A DNA stretch of 63,246 bases, the filler included, from Asterionella formosa (lineage: Eukaryota), in assembly GCA_002256025.1 (NCBI GenBank). It is 8 parts of 8 records of this genome, joined end to end, with 100 filler letters (N's around TTAATTAATTAA, not from the genome) between each part and the next. Parts side by side here need not be neighbours in the genome. Positions count along the whole stretch, not along the records: positions 31,702 to 39,513 come from NKIB01012378.1; positions 39,614 to 47,425 come from NKIB01012379.1; positions 47,526 to 55,336 come from NKIB01012380.1; 5 more parts are not named here. One strand, given 5' to 3'. Of the stretch, positions 38,167 to 50,660 are shown in pieces. A model generated the notes under the pieces. That model did no database searches and was not told the DNA's origin. It saw only the letters and a list, made by a program, of their open reading frames with translations. Each line of letters opens with the position of its first letter. Positions within the stretch are counted from its first letter, which is position 1. The position numbers and the translations under genes were made by a program.

Positions 38167-38807
38167 TGTCAAGAATATTAGCTCGAGTCACAAGGATTGT
38201 GGACTCGATTATAGTCGAATGCGTCGAATAATGCATAGCCCCATCAATCAGCTGACTAACGCGATCAAAGATTGAAGATTTCTATGAAAATGTTAAGTGG
38301 AAACTCGAAGAGAATCTTAGAACGACTTTGCGGGAAGCAAAGATGCATGGAAAGTAAACATTTAGTTTAGCAAATAATTTAATTTGAGTTTTAGATTATC
38401 AACTGAGGAAACAGTGTGTTAATTGACAGGAAGGTCAAGTAGTCTATCTAGCAGGAAGGCTAGAAGCACAGACAAGAGAGAAAGTAAGTGGTACTAGATA
38501 GCACTACGAGCAAGTAAAAGTCTACGTGAAGAGAGACCCAGCCCACGGGAAGGAGGAGTATGGACCATTTCAACATGCTTTAAAGCAGATAGGATTTGAA
38601 AGGGTACTCAAGATGGGAAGAATTGACGACGAATCATCAGGAGTTCGGTTGCCAACATTTGATGGTACCGATGCCAATTGGCATGCTTGGAAGCGAAGTT
38701 TGTCGACTATGCCTGATACAAACATTTTGAAGGAATCATAAGTGGAGATGACGTGCGTATCACCAGGTGAGAGAGATTCAGCTGGAGTGAAGATTGTCCT
38801 GAGCGAC
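38167..38807 (+). mobile_element. Truncated Copia-like element: 262-bp LTR (38167-38428), leader and start of gag
   Basis: TGTCAA...TTGACA termini; gag-like VRLPTFDGTDANWHAWK; homologous inverted copy at ~55990-56388. Confidence 0.85.
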
Positions 38808-38846
38808 AACGCCGATGAGAAGCGTGCCACGCTTCTCATCGGCGTT
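38808..38846. repeat. Perfect 19-bp inverted repeat with 1-nt spacer
   Basis: aacgccgatgagaagcgtg-c-cacgcttctcatcggcgtt. Confidence 0.95.
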
Positions 38847-39067
38847 TTTTTATGATCAGTGTATCATAGTTCTGTGATGTACTTTATTCAATATTACGTA
38901 TCATACTTTGGTGATGTATGAATCGATGTAACCTTATCATGATATCACAGTATCATCTTGTCAATCATGATGAGATGATTGGGAACTGTAGTATTATGCA
39001 TCGTGCTACAGGGTATATTATTATACCACGCAATTTAGTAGCGAAGTCACTCCGCCTGTAATGTACT

Positions 39068-39513
39068 AAAGTCGACAGTGCACATGCCGGTACTCACACG
39101 CTAATCGGGTTTGAGGCAACGGACAGTGGTTCCAACGAGCGAATGATGATACCACGGGTACCAATTTTTCCAGCGGCAAACCGCAATGATAAAAAGAACT
39201 TGTCTCTCTATTGATGAGGATGAAACGGACACCGACTTTTCCAGGAGCAAACAACAATGAAGAGACCCACTTCGTCTGCATCGCTCTATTGATGGTAACA
39301 AAGATACGGACAAGTTCAACAGTGAATACAAGAACAACATACCATTGAAAACAAGTCGACAGTGTGTGCACGCACACGGCAAGCAAGTTTGAGGCAACGG
39401 ACAATTCCAACAAGCAAATGACGATACAGATATCAAATTCTTCCTACGAGCAAACAACAATGAAAAGAGCCACTTGCTTTCGCTCTCTTGATGGTATCAA
39501 AGATGCGGACAAG
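39068..39513. repeat. Diverged tandem duplication (~200-285-bp units), running into a gap
   Basis: aagtcgacagtg..gtttgaggcaacggaca..ttccaac and gagcaaacaacaatgaa..tcgctct.ttgatggta.caaagat.cggacaag each occur twice. Confidence 0.75.
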
Positions 39514-39973
39514 NNNNNNNNNNNNNNNNNNNNNNNNNNNNNNNNNNNNNNNNNNNNTTAATTAATTAANNNNNNNNNNNNNNNNNNNNNNNNNNNNNNN
39601 NNNNNNNNNNNNNCTACCAGGGTACCTTACCGGTACATTTATTCAGTGCGTACTATTTATTGTTCCCCTCGTCATGCATCATCATCATCTCATCTCGTCA
39701 CCCTCCGCCAATCGAAAGAATAAAATATATGCAGATGTACCGGTAGTATGTATTTGATGCAACATCCAATATTCCAGAGTACTGACGTATATATGTATTG
39801 TATGAATTAGAAACTTCAGCAAAACCCACATCACAGCAGATAAAAAAAGGACTGCTACTGTCGATTTCATTCATCCTTCATCACACCATTGTGCAAATCA
39901 GCCAGCATACCAATATACATACCGGTAGTTGCAATAACAAAGAACGCAAGTAAGAAAGCGACCACACAGTATA

Positions 39974-41634
39974 ATGGTAAAGCAACAGTCTGTATTGCAC
40001 CGAATAAGTCTCGTCGCGTGGCTTCTACAAGCTCTGCTAAGAGTTACTCCTGTAGGCGCCTTTTCTCCGTTTTCGAAACTCGCATTTGCTTCTTGTTGTC
40101 GGCAGCGACGAACTGTATTCACTACGTTATTATTCAGCAATAGCAATAACAACAACAACGAACCAACCTTTTACAACGACTTTGAAGACTATAACAACAA
40201 CGAAGAAGACGATGATGATGATGAATTCATTGACACTGCAAATCTTGGAGACTGGCGAGCCTTTCGCAAATCCTTAACGGGCGACTCCAAGTCGTTGGAA
40301 AGCCATTCCAAAGAAAACGAAAAAGTCCTTCGGACTCAATCCGAGTTCCTTGCAGACGAATACACCAACCAAGTTTGGGCTCAAGCCACGCCAGTGCCAG
40401 AAGTTGGGGGATTCTTAGCGCGCATGCCGTTGGAAGTGGAGATTTACAGAAATCATAAACACAGTATGATGGGGAAGAAATTAAGAAAAAAATACGAATC
40501 GCAAAAGTTAGTGGAGGGAGGCATGGTGTGGTATCGGAATGCGAAGCTACTGGTGGAGGAAGAAATGCAGAAAATTGCGAACCAGGCAGAACATGGACAG
40601 ATTGATTACAGTTCTTTGGATGAAGAGAGTACGGAAATGCTGCAATTGTATTTGGACAATCAAGTAAGTTTATATTTATTTCCTTGGGAATCATTTGGAT
40701 AATGAAGGAGGCAATTGTTTTTCCGCAAATTATACAGATCAACTCACAGCCACACATCTCAGGAAACCTGGCAAGAAATCTGCCTCGTTACCTCCAGAGA
40801 CGAATCATCTGGTACAGCAACATCCCTTGTCTTGAATCGCCCCATGGCTTTCAAATTAACTGAAAACCTTGCACAGCTGGTCCTTCGAGGAGGAACTGGA
40901 AGTAGACTCAAGCCATCTACTGTCTCTAATGTGGACCAATTTATGGCAGCATTTGGAAATGAATGCGCCATTTACGTGGGAGGTCCCGATGGTCAAGAGG
41001 AACCAGCAACACTAATTCATGGATTTGCTGAATTGCCCGGATCACGGGAAATTGTTCCAGGAGTTTACATGGGAGGAGTGGATGCGGCTATTGATGGTGT
41101 CAAAAAGGGATTGTACAAGGCATTGGACTTCCGATTCTTTGTCGGACGACATGATTATGAAGAGAGCATGTTAGATTTAGATGTGGTTTTAGGAAAATAC
41201 CAACCAATTGCAGGGGCCCGGACTTTGGCATTGAAGCAGTGTATTAGTTTGCCCAAGCCACTATGGCATGAAGGTAATTGTTTTCGTTTTGTTTGAATGT
41301 ATTGCCTTTCTTGATCTCATGAACATGATTGCTCATTTGGCCTCTTTGCAATCATGTACATTTCAGTCCTTGAATTGTGTGGAGGAGATTTGAAAGAAAT
41401 TTCTGAGTTGGAAAAGCTCAAGCGGTGAGTGAGCTTTGTCTAAATGAATGCTATGATGTGCTGGCTGACTAATGAGTCGACCCTTTCAACATAAGGGATG
41501 ATGTGGAATATGAATTTGTCGATGAAGGAGAACTTGATGATGATATTGTAGTCATAGATGAGCTGGATGAATTGTTTGTTGACGACGACGATGATGATGA
41601 TGATGGTGATGATTTACTCAATTTTCTGAATTAA
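39974..41634 (+). CDS. YqgE/AlgH (UPF0301/DUF179) family protein with bipartite plastid-targeting peptide; introns 40664-40762, 41274-41366, 41425-41495
   Basis: Signal peptide plus GAFSP motif, DWRAFR, LVLNRP, YVGGP, LIHG, GVYMGG, FRFFVG, LWHEVL; three GT-AG introns restore one frame ending in an acidic tail. Confidence 0.88.
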
Positions 41635-41843
41635 GAGCTGAGGGCGAAAATAAAATAAAAGCAGAAATCCTGGGACTGAGAATAAGTGGCAGAAATAATC
41701 AAAGATGATATTTTTCTTTATTACATCAATTTGTTATATTTGCTGCCAACAATGTTAAAGCCATTACCTGTCGTGCCCCAGCACCAGTATTAGCTGTGCT
41801 AATGAATTTTAAATTATCCCTTTGATGGACCAGTCGCAAACTG

Positions 41844-41864
41844 TTAGGGTTAGGGCTAGGGTTA
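41844..41864 (+). repeat. Interstitial telomere-like (TTAGGG)n tract
   Basis: ttagggttagggctagggtta. Confidence 0.7.
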
Positions 41865-42097
41865 ACAAGCAAATAGCTGGCACCTGTAACATAATGGTAC
41901 CGGTACCCATTCACAATACCGCTCCATGATACATATGCATTATCCCTTACACGTCGTACCAGGGTCCGGTACATTGTACCAGATAGCAACAGTATGTTGG
42001 TGTCGGTATAATATATAGCCCCCCTCTCCCATCAACCGGAATACATTTTCATTTATAGGAACTTAGCTACTGGAAGTTGTCAATACACATCCACGCC

Positions 42098-43609
42098 ATG
42101 GCGGACGACCATTGCTGGGACGCCTTCGGTGACGACGATGATGCACTAGAGATTCTACCATCTAATAAATGCGCAGATGAAGCGTTGTTGTGGTTGGTCC
42201 AGCACTTCTTGAAGACGCACTCCAAACTTTCCGATCGTTGGATTTTTGTTTCTGAAACAGAAAACAATGTTGATTGGGTTTCTGCTGTCGAAGCGAGAGG
42301 GATGAAAGTGGTGAAGGATGGCCCATGCGATGCAGCAATAATATCAAATGGAGAAAACGACCAATATCGCAGCGTAGTTCCTGGTGGGGTGGTGCTTCTT
42401 TGTGGACAAGACGAGTCGGCCTTTGACAGATGCATTTGGAATGTACCACAAAAAGCGATAATTTACAAGGACGACGAAACGACTGTAACCGCCATCACCA
42501 AGTATGCATGCCTAATTAATCAGATGGCCTGTCCATACAAACCAAACAATAAAATCATGCATGGCGAAAGACTGGCCGATATGGAGCGACGACTTGTCGA
42601 CCAAGCTACCGTCACTCGGACTGCCAAGGAACTCGTCGAGCGCATCCCACTATCAGAAGCATCTATTCAACGCTCTGTGATAAATCTTAAACAGTATGGT
42701 TACTGCATCCTAAAACAAATCTTGGACAAGAAACTATGCCTTGCTTGGGGCCAAGCTGTCGTGAACGATCTCGCACTTGCATCAGCCATCCTTCTAGCTC
42801 CTCCGTACGAAGTCGATCTCAGGCATCCGCATTCATCCAAAAACAATCCTCAATCTTACCGTGAAATGGCTATGCGAGAAGACTTAAGAATGGATTTGAG
42901 AGACGGTCCTAACTTGAGAAAAATGCGAGCTATGGAACAATCAATTTTACCAAATGATATTGATAACCAAAACAATTCTCCCGTTGTTACATGTACCCAT
43001 GGCACTTTCGATTCTTGTCTTCGCTTTCATCCCACGATACTAGAAATAATAAAGCGTACGATGAATCCCAAGTCTATAGAACTGTACAAAGGCAACTTTG
43101 GCCGCTACAATTTCTCTGGGACAGGTCCCGACGGCTCACCACAACCAATTCGCATCGGCCCCATGGGTGGAATTCTTTCGTTACCAGGTGCAGCCGACCA
43201 GGCCATTCACGCTGATACATCACATTTATTTGAACACATTGATTGTTTACCAGCTCATTATATCAATGCATTTTGTTTGGGAAGTGGACATGTCCTGACA
43301 AGTACTGATGGAAGCACTGAGTTGGGTGGGACAGCCTTTGTGCATGGGTCGCATAAGCTGTCGTTTACGGCAGCAGTTGGAGACTTGAGTGCTCAATTGG
43401 TGCTACAACATATCGTACGGCCTTCACTGGAGCTGGGAGACGTGGTACTTTTTGATTGTCGCGTCTTGCACTTTGGATTGGCAAATACAAGCACAAATTT
43501 GGACCGACCACTGTTATATGTCAACTATACATCGTCTTGGTTTCATGATCCAAAGAATTGGAACGATCGGCATTCGCTCTTTAGTCAAGAGTGTCAGCCT
43601 TTAGGATAA
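42098..43609 (+). CDS. PhyH-family Fe(II)/2-oxoglutarate dioxygenase with N-terminal extension
   Basis: YGYCILK, QAIHADT (HxD), GGTAFVHGSH, GDVVLFDCRVLHFGLAN..R. Confidence 0.9.
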   Translation: MADDHCWDAFGDDDDALEILPSNKCADEALLWLVQHFLKTHSKLSDRWIFVSETENNVDWVSAVEARGMKVVKDGPCDAAIISNGENDQYRSVVPGGVVLLCGQDESAFDRCIWNVPQKAIIYKDDETTVTAITKYACLINQMACPYKPNNKIMHGERLADMERRLVDQATVTRTAKELVERIPLSEASIQRSVINLKQYGYCILKQILDKKLCLAWGQAVVNDLALASAILLAPPYEVDLRHPHSSKNNPQSYREMAMREDLRMDLRDGPNLRKMRAMEQSILPNDIDNQNNSPVVTCTHGTFDSCLRFHPTILEIIKRTMNPKSIELYKGNFGRYNFSGTGPDGSPQPIRIGPMGGILSLPGAADQAIHADTSHLFEHIDCLPAHYINAFCLGSGHVLTSTDGSTELGGTAFVHGSHKLSFTAAVGDLSAQLVLQHIVRPSLELGDVVLFDCRVLHFGLANTSTNLDRPLLYVNYTSSWFHDPKNWNDRHSLFSQECQPLG

Positions 43610-43957
43610 TAGTGCTCATTTGACAGGAAAGTACAATCTAGTTTAGAAGTTTGTGTCGATTTCTGGCTTCTACACTCCATCGAAGAAATGCTGATGTTGG
43701 AACCCGCTAAAGATCAACTTTCCAATAACCACCGGTACTTATTCATTGAGATTTATAGTAGGAAGAATTAGCGATAGTCAAGTGTGATTTAGGGTTTATG
43801 GACTTGCCGACACGTTGCGGGCAAAAATACAATAGCAAAGTAGTGTATTGAGTCAAATTGATATTATAAATAGGGTAAGAGTCAGTCGCCTTGTATGCAT
43901 CATCGGATATCGAGGACTCATGAGATCATCGGCGCATATCGCTAACATCTTATCAAC

Positions 43958-44863
43958 TCACAGATTATTTCGCTCAGAATTTTCCAGCAACGGCTCGTTT
44001 AGACGAGTTTCGCAAGTCCCTTCCTCATCACGAAATCGTTGCACCATGCTCCTTGTCGCACCAGCAAGTGCCATGCTTGCCATATAAATGTACTTGAAAC
44101 ATGTGCTGTCTCCAATGCTAGTACCTAGCAATTGGTGCTGAGTTGCCTTCTTGACGTGTTCCAGCCCCTTTTCAGCCGTCTCCTTGGCGTCAATAGACAT
44201 CCAGCAAATGTGCTTGACATCGTCGTGTTGGGCATCAACAATGCCCGATATTTCTGTTTAAGCAAGACATAGTTATGAGAAACGTGAGTCAAAATCAAAA
44301 ATCAGTAACTCTAAAATTATTTCCAAAGAAAGAAAACAGTATCCATTGTTCTAAACAGACTCTGGAAACGGCCAACGACCTGTACCCAACGGTCAACAGT
44401 GTCGCATCAAAGTAGCTACTGTCGAACACGACGAAAAGATATCATTGCAGTTCTTTCGATACAATCAAGACGATCCCGAAAGCAATTTACTGTTCATGAG
44501 ATAAGTACAACTTCCAGAACCCAGCCACAATTAGGACAGGGAGGGAACTCAGCGATTGTTCGTACCTTTCTGAATAATGTGAATGTGCTTCAAGGAATCA
44601 TTAATCTCCATGAAGGAGGTGTGCCTCTCTTGAAGCATGGCAGACTCAAACTCAATAGTTTCCATAAACAAGATTCCTTCACCGGATTGCAAGGACTCCT
44701 CTTCATCATCGGTTAGCTCTAAAGTGGATGCTGAATGTAACGACAATGAGAAATCAACCGAGGCACACTTCTTTGTGGGAGGCGAGCGGCGAGACCAAGA
44801 AGGAGTGGAGTCGGCAACAAAATCTCTTGATAGCGCTTCGTCGAATGGAGATTGAGACATCAT
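43958..44863 (-). CDS. Short t-SNARE (syntaxin-like) motif protein; intron 44254-44565
   Basis: LQERHTSFMEINDSLKHIHIIQK|EISGIVDAQHDDVKHI..AKETAEKGLEHVKKA fits a Qa-type SNARE motif across a GTACGA..CAG intron. Confidence 0.75.
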
Positions 44864-45610
44864 TGTGGAGAATTGAAGAAATCGGTTGAAGTTGTAAGAG
44901 ACAAAGGATAAGAAAATTATGAGACCATGTAACTAAACAATATTGCCATGAAACTGGAGTATATCGATGATTTGAAGCAAAGCACGACAGGTCTTGGATC
45001 GCACGAAACACTTATTGTCTGGCCTCTATATGTTTTCTTTGTAGAAATTCACGTGGTCATCTCGGCTTGGGTTGCGAGGCTTCCAATTCCAAACCTCCCG
45101 TAATTTAATTCCGTGTTTGGGATTTATGGACCAATCATTAGAGTTCCATATAATATTACCTGCCCAACATCGTCCCTGGAATTTGCTCCCCTCAACTTGA
45201 TTGTTGGGTACCAGCAAGGCAGTTGCGGTAATTTTGCTGAAACTAAAGATTTAGCTATCTTTATCCCAGATTAAAATGTTAGTATAAGCAAAATGACCGC
45301 AACTTGCAGGTTTCCATGGGTACCATGGTACCTGAAAATAGAAGAGGCACCACATGGAGTTACTGTAACAAAAACGTGGACAGAAACGGATGCGAATACC
45401 GGTATGTGTATGTGTGATCAACCACGGCCGAGTTGCAGTAGAAGACGGTTTTTACTAGAAAAGGAAGACAAAGCTAAAGTTTTTATTTAAAACCGCAACT
45501 TGCACAGGTGGCTGAGAAGCAATACCCAAGGAATACTGGCGCGTGATAATTGCACACTAGAGTCGACCTAACACACAACGGAGGCTAACAATAGACTTTG
45601 TGTTCTTCTC

Positions 45611-45703
45611 CTCTAGTAACAACTGCCTAACATCGAAACTTTTGACAACAGTAAGTCCTCTAGTAACAACTGCCTAACTTCGAAACTTTTGACAACAGTA
45701 AGT
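45611..45703. repeat. Two-copy ~47-bp tandem duplication
   Basis: ctctagtaacaactgcctaac[a/t]tcgaaacttttgacaacagtaagt twice. Confidence 0.9.
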
Positions 45704-46253
45704 AACTGTGCAAAGATTGACGCAATGAACTTGGAGCTGGTTCCGATCTATGGCAGAACTAACTCATTACCAACTTACAACACATCGGGTCGCTGCATGA
45801 TAAGTTATTCACGTGGATCTGTGATCTTGATTATGGACAATTGTAGAAACATGAATCGCATTGCATAACTATCAATTCGATTTGTTGCTCTTGCACACTT
45901 CCGTCGCAATGCTCTCGATCCAAATAAGTATTATAAAACAAAGCATAGTAGCAAAGTAACGTCGACGTAGAATTCGACACTTGTTTTCAGACGTGGGTCT
46001 CAACTGGACAATGGACGATGAACGAACCACCCATGTGTGCATGAATGAACAAGCCACAATGATTTGTCTTCCAATCAGATCTCTTTCCTTCACTCTTTCT
46101 CTATGAAAATGATGATTCTGTGCCCCTACAAAAATGATGGAAACGCCATGGCCAGTAAATCATATCTTTATACAAAATATAATTATCATGCTGCTTTTCT
46201 TTCTTTTATCTCGTCAAGCCTTCCAACTTTACGATCCCTGAAGAACAAAACTG

Positions 46254-47087
46254 TTACTTCGTATCAAGTCCCAACAAAATGTTGCTATTTCCATTTTGCT
46301 GATTTGGAAGGTAGACAATGTTACGAGAATTAGCCAACTTTCCAGCAATCTCCTTAGCCGCATCAATACGTCTCACTTCCACAATACCACTGCCCGACTT
46401 CTCCATCGCTGCAGTAATAATCATAGCAGCTTCGGCTTCTCCTTCCGCTCGTGTAACTACCGCCTGACGCTCTTGTTCCGCCCGCTTGACGACCCACTGT
46501 TGGCGCTCGGCTTCTTGCGAAGCAACTTGCTTGGCTTCAATGGCCTTCATGAATTCACGGCCAAAAGTCAAGTGAGTAATGGCAACATCATCGAGAGTCA
46601 AGTGAAAGTGGCGTGCTCGCTTCATCATCTCTTCCTTCACTCTGTCGCTGACTTCCCCACGCTTGGAGAGCAGCTCCTCGGCGTTGTACTGAGCAACTAC
46701 AGCCTTAAGCACTTCGTTTCCAATGGAAGGAAGGACGCGCTCATCAAAGTCAATGCCGAGCTCTCGGTACAACTGAGGAAGCTCTTCAAGGACAGGTCGC
46801 CACAAGACTCGCATTTTGATGTTAACCATTTGCAAATCTTTCGTACCAGTCACACTGGGGATCTCCCGAGGCTGCGTGCGAACATCAATGACAATAGGAC
46901 GTTGAATAACAGGAATCATAAAGTGGGTGCCTTCGCCACGAACGTCGTCTCGGATACCGCCGCGGAGACTGTCGAACATCACAGCGCGCTCGCCACCGTC
47001 GACATTGTAGATACAACTGTTGACCGTAAAGGCACCAGCAGCAAGGACACCTGACATGGTACCGAGAGATCTCATGGCCTTGTCCAT
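46254..47087 (-). CDS. PHB1: Prohibitin 1 (SPFH/Band 7)
   Basis: YNVDGGERAVMFD, GEGTHF, TGTKDLQMVNI, DERVLPSIGNEVLKAVVAQYNA, AIEAKQVASQEAER. Confidence 0.95.
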   Translation of the reverse strand: MDKAMRSLGTMSGVLAAGAFTVNSCIYNVDGGERAVMFDSLRGGIRDDVRGEGTHFMIPVIQRPIVIDVRTQPREIPSVTGTKDLQMVNIKMRVLWRPVLEELPQLYRELGIDFDERVLPSIGNEVLKAVVAQYNAEELLSKRGEVSDRVKEEMMKRARHFHLTLDDVAITHLTFGREFMKAIEAKQVASQEAERQQWVVKRAEQERQAVVTRAEGEAEAAMIITAAMEKSGSGIVEVRRIDAAKEIAGKLANSRNIVYLPNQQNGNSNILLGLDTK

Positions 47088-47525
47088 CTTGAAATATGAA
47101 TTTGTTTAGTTGGAAGGTATAGCAAGTGGTAGAGTCAGCAACGGACTGCTGAATGAATGTAGTGTTGAGACTAATATTGTTGCAAATATGATGGGTTATG
47201 ACCATCAACAAGAAACAATCTACCAGGTAGGTACATGATCAAACACTACATACATACATAAATTAAAGGATCACAACGAACGAAAGGGACGACGGCGAGG
47301 AAGCAATCTGGGAGGGAAGCCAAGGATCCCACAGTATGTACATTCGTAAGTACCTCATATTTCATATGTAGACCTACTGCCTACACATATACCAGCAATC
47401 ATAAAGAATTGTCTTCGAGCTTCGANNNNNNNNNNNNNNNNNNNNNNNNNNNNNNNNNNNNNNNNNNNNTTAATTAATTAANNNNNNNNNNNNNNNNNNN
47501 NNNNNNNNNNNNNNNNNNNNNNNNN

Positions 47526-48483
47526 TTCCGCGGCATTTCAGGTCTATTATCTTGTAAATGGTACTTTGATACCTCAGGGTGATCAACTTGTGGATCCTGA
47601 CTTCACGCCCACCGCAGAGCTTTCGTTGGACTTGTCAAATGATGGATCAACACTTGTCGTCGGAAACCCCGACTACTTCAGCATTGTGGAACCAGCCTCC
47701 GGTTTCGTACAGGCATATCGGTTCAATGGTACAAATTGGATTGAGTATGGCAATCGCATTTTAGGACAATGTGATGGAAGCACAGGTTGCTCGCCATGCA
47801 CGAACGAGATGTATCATGATTTAGGTCATCAGGTGAAAGTCAATGCAAACGGCACCAGGCTTGTGGTGAGCGCACCACAGGCTGAGTGCGTCAACGGGCC
47901 ACTTGCTGGGAATCGTGGCGTTGGGTTTGTCCGCATTTATGACATGTTCTCCTCCAGTACTTCGGGAGGCACTGACGACACTTGGATTCAAGTTGGAAAT
48001 GACATCGTTAGACCCGAACCTGAACTTGGATCTGCTGTTCAAGAGTTTGGAGGTTCGTTGTCTCTCTCAAGTGATGGTACCAAGATCGCAATCGGGTCCG
48101 ACGATGGAATGTGTGGAGTGTTCTATCTGGATAATGGCGTTTGGGAAGTGGTGGGAAATTACATGTGGGATTTCTATGCCAAAAGCGACTCCTTCTTTCA
48201 TCGTCAATACATCTCATTGTCAGGTGATGGAAATCGTGTTGCCGTTGGAGCAGACACTCTCGGCGAGAAGCTTCACCACTGGGGCGATACGGAGAAGGAG
48301 GGGACAGTTAGAATTTTGGAATGGACCAATGGAGGTTGGATTCAAGTTGGTGACGACCTGGTCGGCCCTCGGGGCTTTGGTCACACCGTCGGCTTGTCTC
48401 CAGATGGAGATATCTTAGCTGTACTCATCCTTCAAGAAAATTCCACCACGTGCCAAGTGTTCTCCGCCCCAATCAAGGACTAG
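47526..48483 (+). CDS. Beta-propeller repeat protein (FG-GAP-like repeats), 5' end lost in gap
   Basis: Repeated WIQVG.D / G..[LV]SLS.DG..[VI]A[VI]G / G.VRI units. Confidence 0.8.
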
Positions 48484-48819
48484 TTTTGGGAATTGTCCTC
48501 TTCAATGCATGTTTTCACAAACATTCCACAGTATATTTTTATTAGTAATTTTTGCATGAACGAACTCATAAAGGAAATACCTGGTAAGCGAACAATCGAT
48601 GCGTCCATCCTTGCTTGGGACAAAGATTTGATTGGTACCAGGTACCGTTGCTTACTCGGATGATCTGCCCTTCCAAACAGCAAAATGGCGACACAATGTT
48701 TTGTTCCTTGCTGTTGACGAGTCTTGATAACTGAACATAGTTTATGTATCCTATACACACAAACAAATACATACAGATAAGATATATTTTCCTTATTATG
48801 TGCTCCTATATACCGGTAC

Positions 48820-49100
48820 CTGGTATCTAAGCATATATGGAAAGGGTGTGTATTGGTGAAAGCTCCGTTTAGCGATATACATTCATGCTTTACTCATAAG
48901 AAGTGTCTGTTTGAGTACTCTGACTAAATATTATGTTCTTAACCCTACCTCTAATCTAGGGTTGATTTATCAGGTACCTGTAACGGTATAGCAGCATATC
49001 TTGCATTCATATCATGATCATACCGGTGATAATAACCTTGATCGATTTCCTTGGCACCCATTCTCAGATGTCCTTGTAGACTACCAGGTACCAGGTGCAG
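48820..49100 (-). repeat. Dispersed repeat, copy 2 (inverted relative to 9270-9490)
   Basis: ggtatctaagcata..aagggtgtgtattggtgaaagctccgtttagcgata..aaccctacctctaat matches the reverse complement of copy 1. Confidence 0.8.
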
Positions 49101-49178
49101 GACACCGGTATACCGGTATATAAGAATATTGCTTGAGATTATATTTCTGCCATTTCGTGTCGTAACGAATACGCCAAC

Positions 49179-49697
49179 ATGTCTGACATTTGTGGATCCA
49201 GAGCACTTCATATATTACAGCTTCATGAAGCGCCTGCTGTTGATGGCGTGTACAACCGCTTCAATTGCCAATGGGTCCTTCAATCGACAGAGTTGGCACC
49301 TATTGACGCTCCTCCGAATGTTACGGTGAAAGAAGGTGATATGATCTTTTTTCCTGATCTAGGAGGGACGGGAGGATTGGAAGATGTTCGCATTGTGGGA
49401 ATGAAAGATGTGAATGGAACTATGCCGTTACTGTCTGCTGGAATAACTAGCCCGATTTTTCCAACTGCGATTGCTACGAATACTAGCCCAGCAGAGTTAC
49501 GAGCTCGATACGAACAACCCTTGAAACAAGTATTGCAACAACAGGGATTAACCATGGAGGGTTTGTTTGGAGAGCCAAACCTAGTGGAGGAGTTTTGGCA
49601 AAATCCAGCCTCCGAGCGAGGTCGACGCTTGACCGAGGTGAAGGACAAATGGGTGATTCCACTACCCAGCTGTAGGTGGCTAGGACCAAAAGAATAG
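49179..49697 (+). CDS. Hypothetical protein or gene fragment
   Basis: 172-codon ORF with globular-looking composition; 5' side abuts a repeat; no motif recognised. Confidence 0.5.
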   Translation: MSDICGSRALHILQLHEAPAVDGVYNRFNCQWVLQSTELAPIDAPPNVTVKEGDMIFFPDLGGTGGLEDVRIVGMKDVNGTMPLLSAGITSPIFPTAIATNTSPAELRARYEQPLKQVLQQQGLTMEGLFGEPNLVEEFWQNPASERGRRLTEVKDKWVIPLPSCRWLGPKE

Positions 49698-49816
49698 TTG
49701 AGTCTTTCTATAATTAAAAATATCCAAGTCGCAAGGACAAGAAGGCATGATGCATACTTCTGGACCGGAATGGGAGTAACGTCATCGTTATTTTCTCCCC
49801 TATGATTTTAACCATA

Positions 49817-50660
49817 TTATGACACAGCAATAGTAGATGGAGCAATGATTCGTTGCATTCCCTTCAATCGCGAAAATGCGTCAAAACCCCAGAGCCGTTG
49901 AGCATCAACGGCAAAAGATTTTAACATTTCTTCGTCCAACGAAGATTTTGACGCTAATAGGACAGTATTGCCAGCTTGTACCTTGCTATCTAGTGAGTCC
50001 ACTCGGTAACAGTTGTCGAAACAAACAGAATACGAAGCTTCAGCGTCTTGAATTTGACTCCTGAGCAGGTCGCCTCCATTGTGAAAATTGTGCACAATGA
50101 TCCCATTTGGGCCCATGAAATTGTCACGCAATCGTAGGATATGATCTTTTGAATAAAATACAGGTGGTAACATATTGTCAGGTCCAAAAATATCGACACA
50201 GATGCAGTCATATCGCGATTGAAAGTCGGATAGTTGATACAACAACGCGTCTCCAACCACAATGTCGTGATTTCTTAGTCCAGATGGCAGAATAGTTGCA
50301 GCAGCCACGACACCCGTGTCTATCTCAACCGTAACTTGTTGACTGTTTGGTAGATAGTGACCAATCAATCGTTGGAGAGTACCAGCCCCTAGACCAAAGT
50401 GAAGAAACGAAAAGGGGGTATTATGATCTCTTTTTTTACTGATTTCAAGTGCTGCCAATGCCATGGAAGCCATGGTATGTACATATTCCACCACATTGGT
50501 AGTGGGATCAACCGTTCCATCCCTATGTACCTTATAAACTCCATGATATATACTCTTTGTTATTCCACCGACAAGACTAACCGTTCGCCATCCACCGGGA
50601 CGTTCATGTACTTGTACCAGGGCATTCGGATCAAGAGACGATGGGGTGGAATACACCAAG
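49817..50660 (-). CDS. Class I SAM-dependent methyltransferase domain (spermidine-synthase-like / METTL13 C-terminal-like); 5' end in gap
   Basis: FLHFGLGAGTL (motif I), TVEID, VGDA, YDCICVDIF, P..F, GIIVHN, GNTVLLA. Confidence 0.85.

Noticed and set aside
38808..38852. Stem-loop followed by a T run, resembling a rho-independent terminator
   Set aside because: Eukaryotic nuclear context at a TE junction; better explained as abutting inverted termini.
46296..47054. 252-aa ORF antisense to prohibitin
   Set aside because: Shadow ORF of a codon-biased gene; no motifs.
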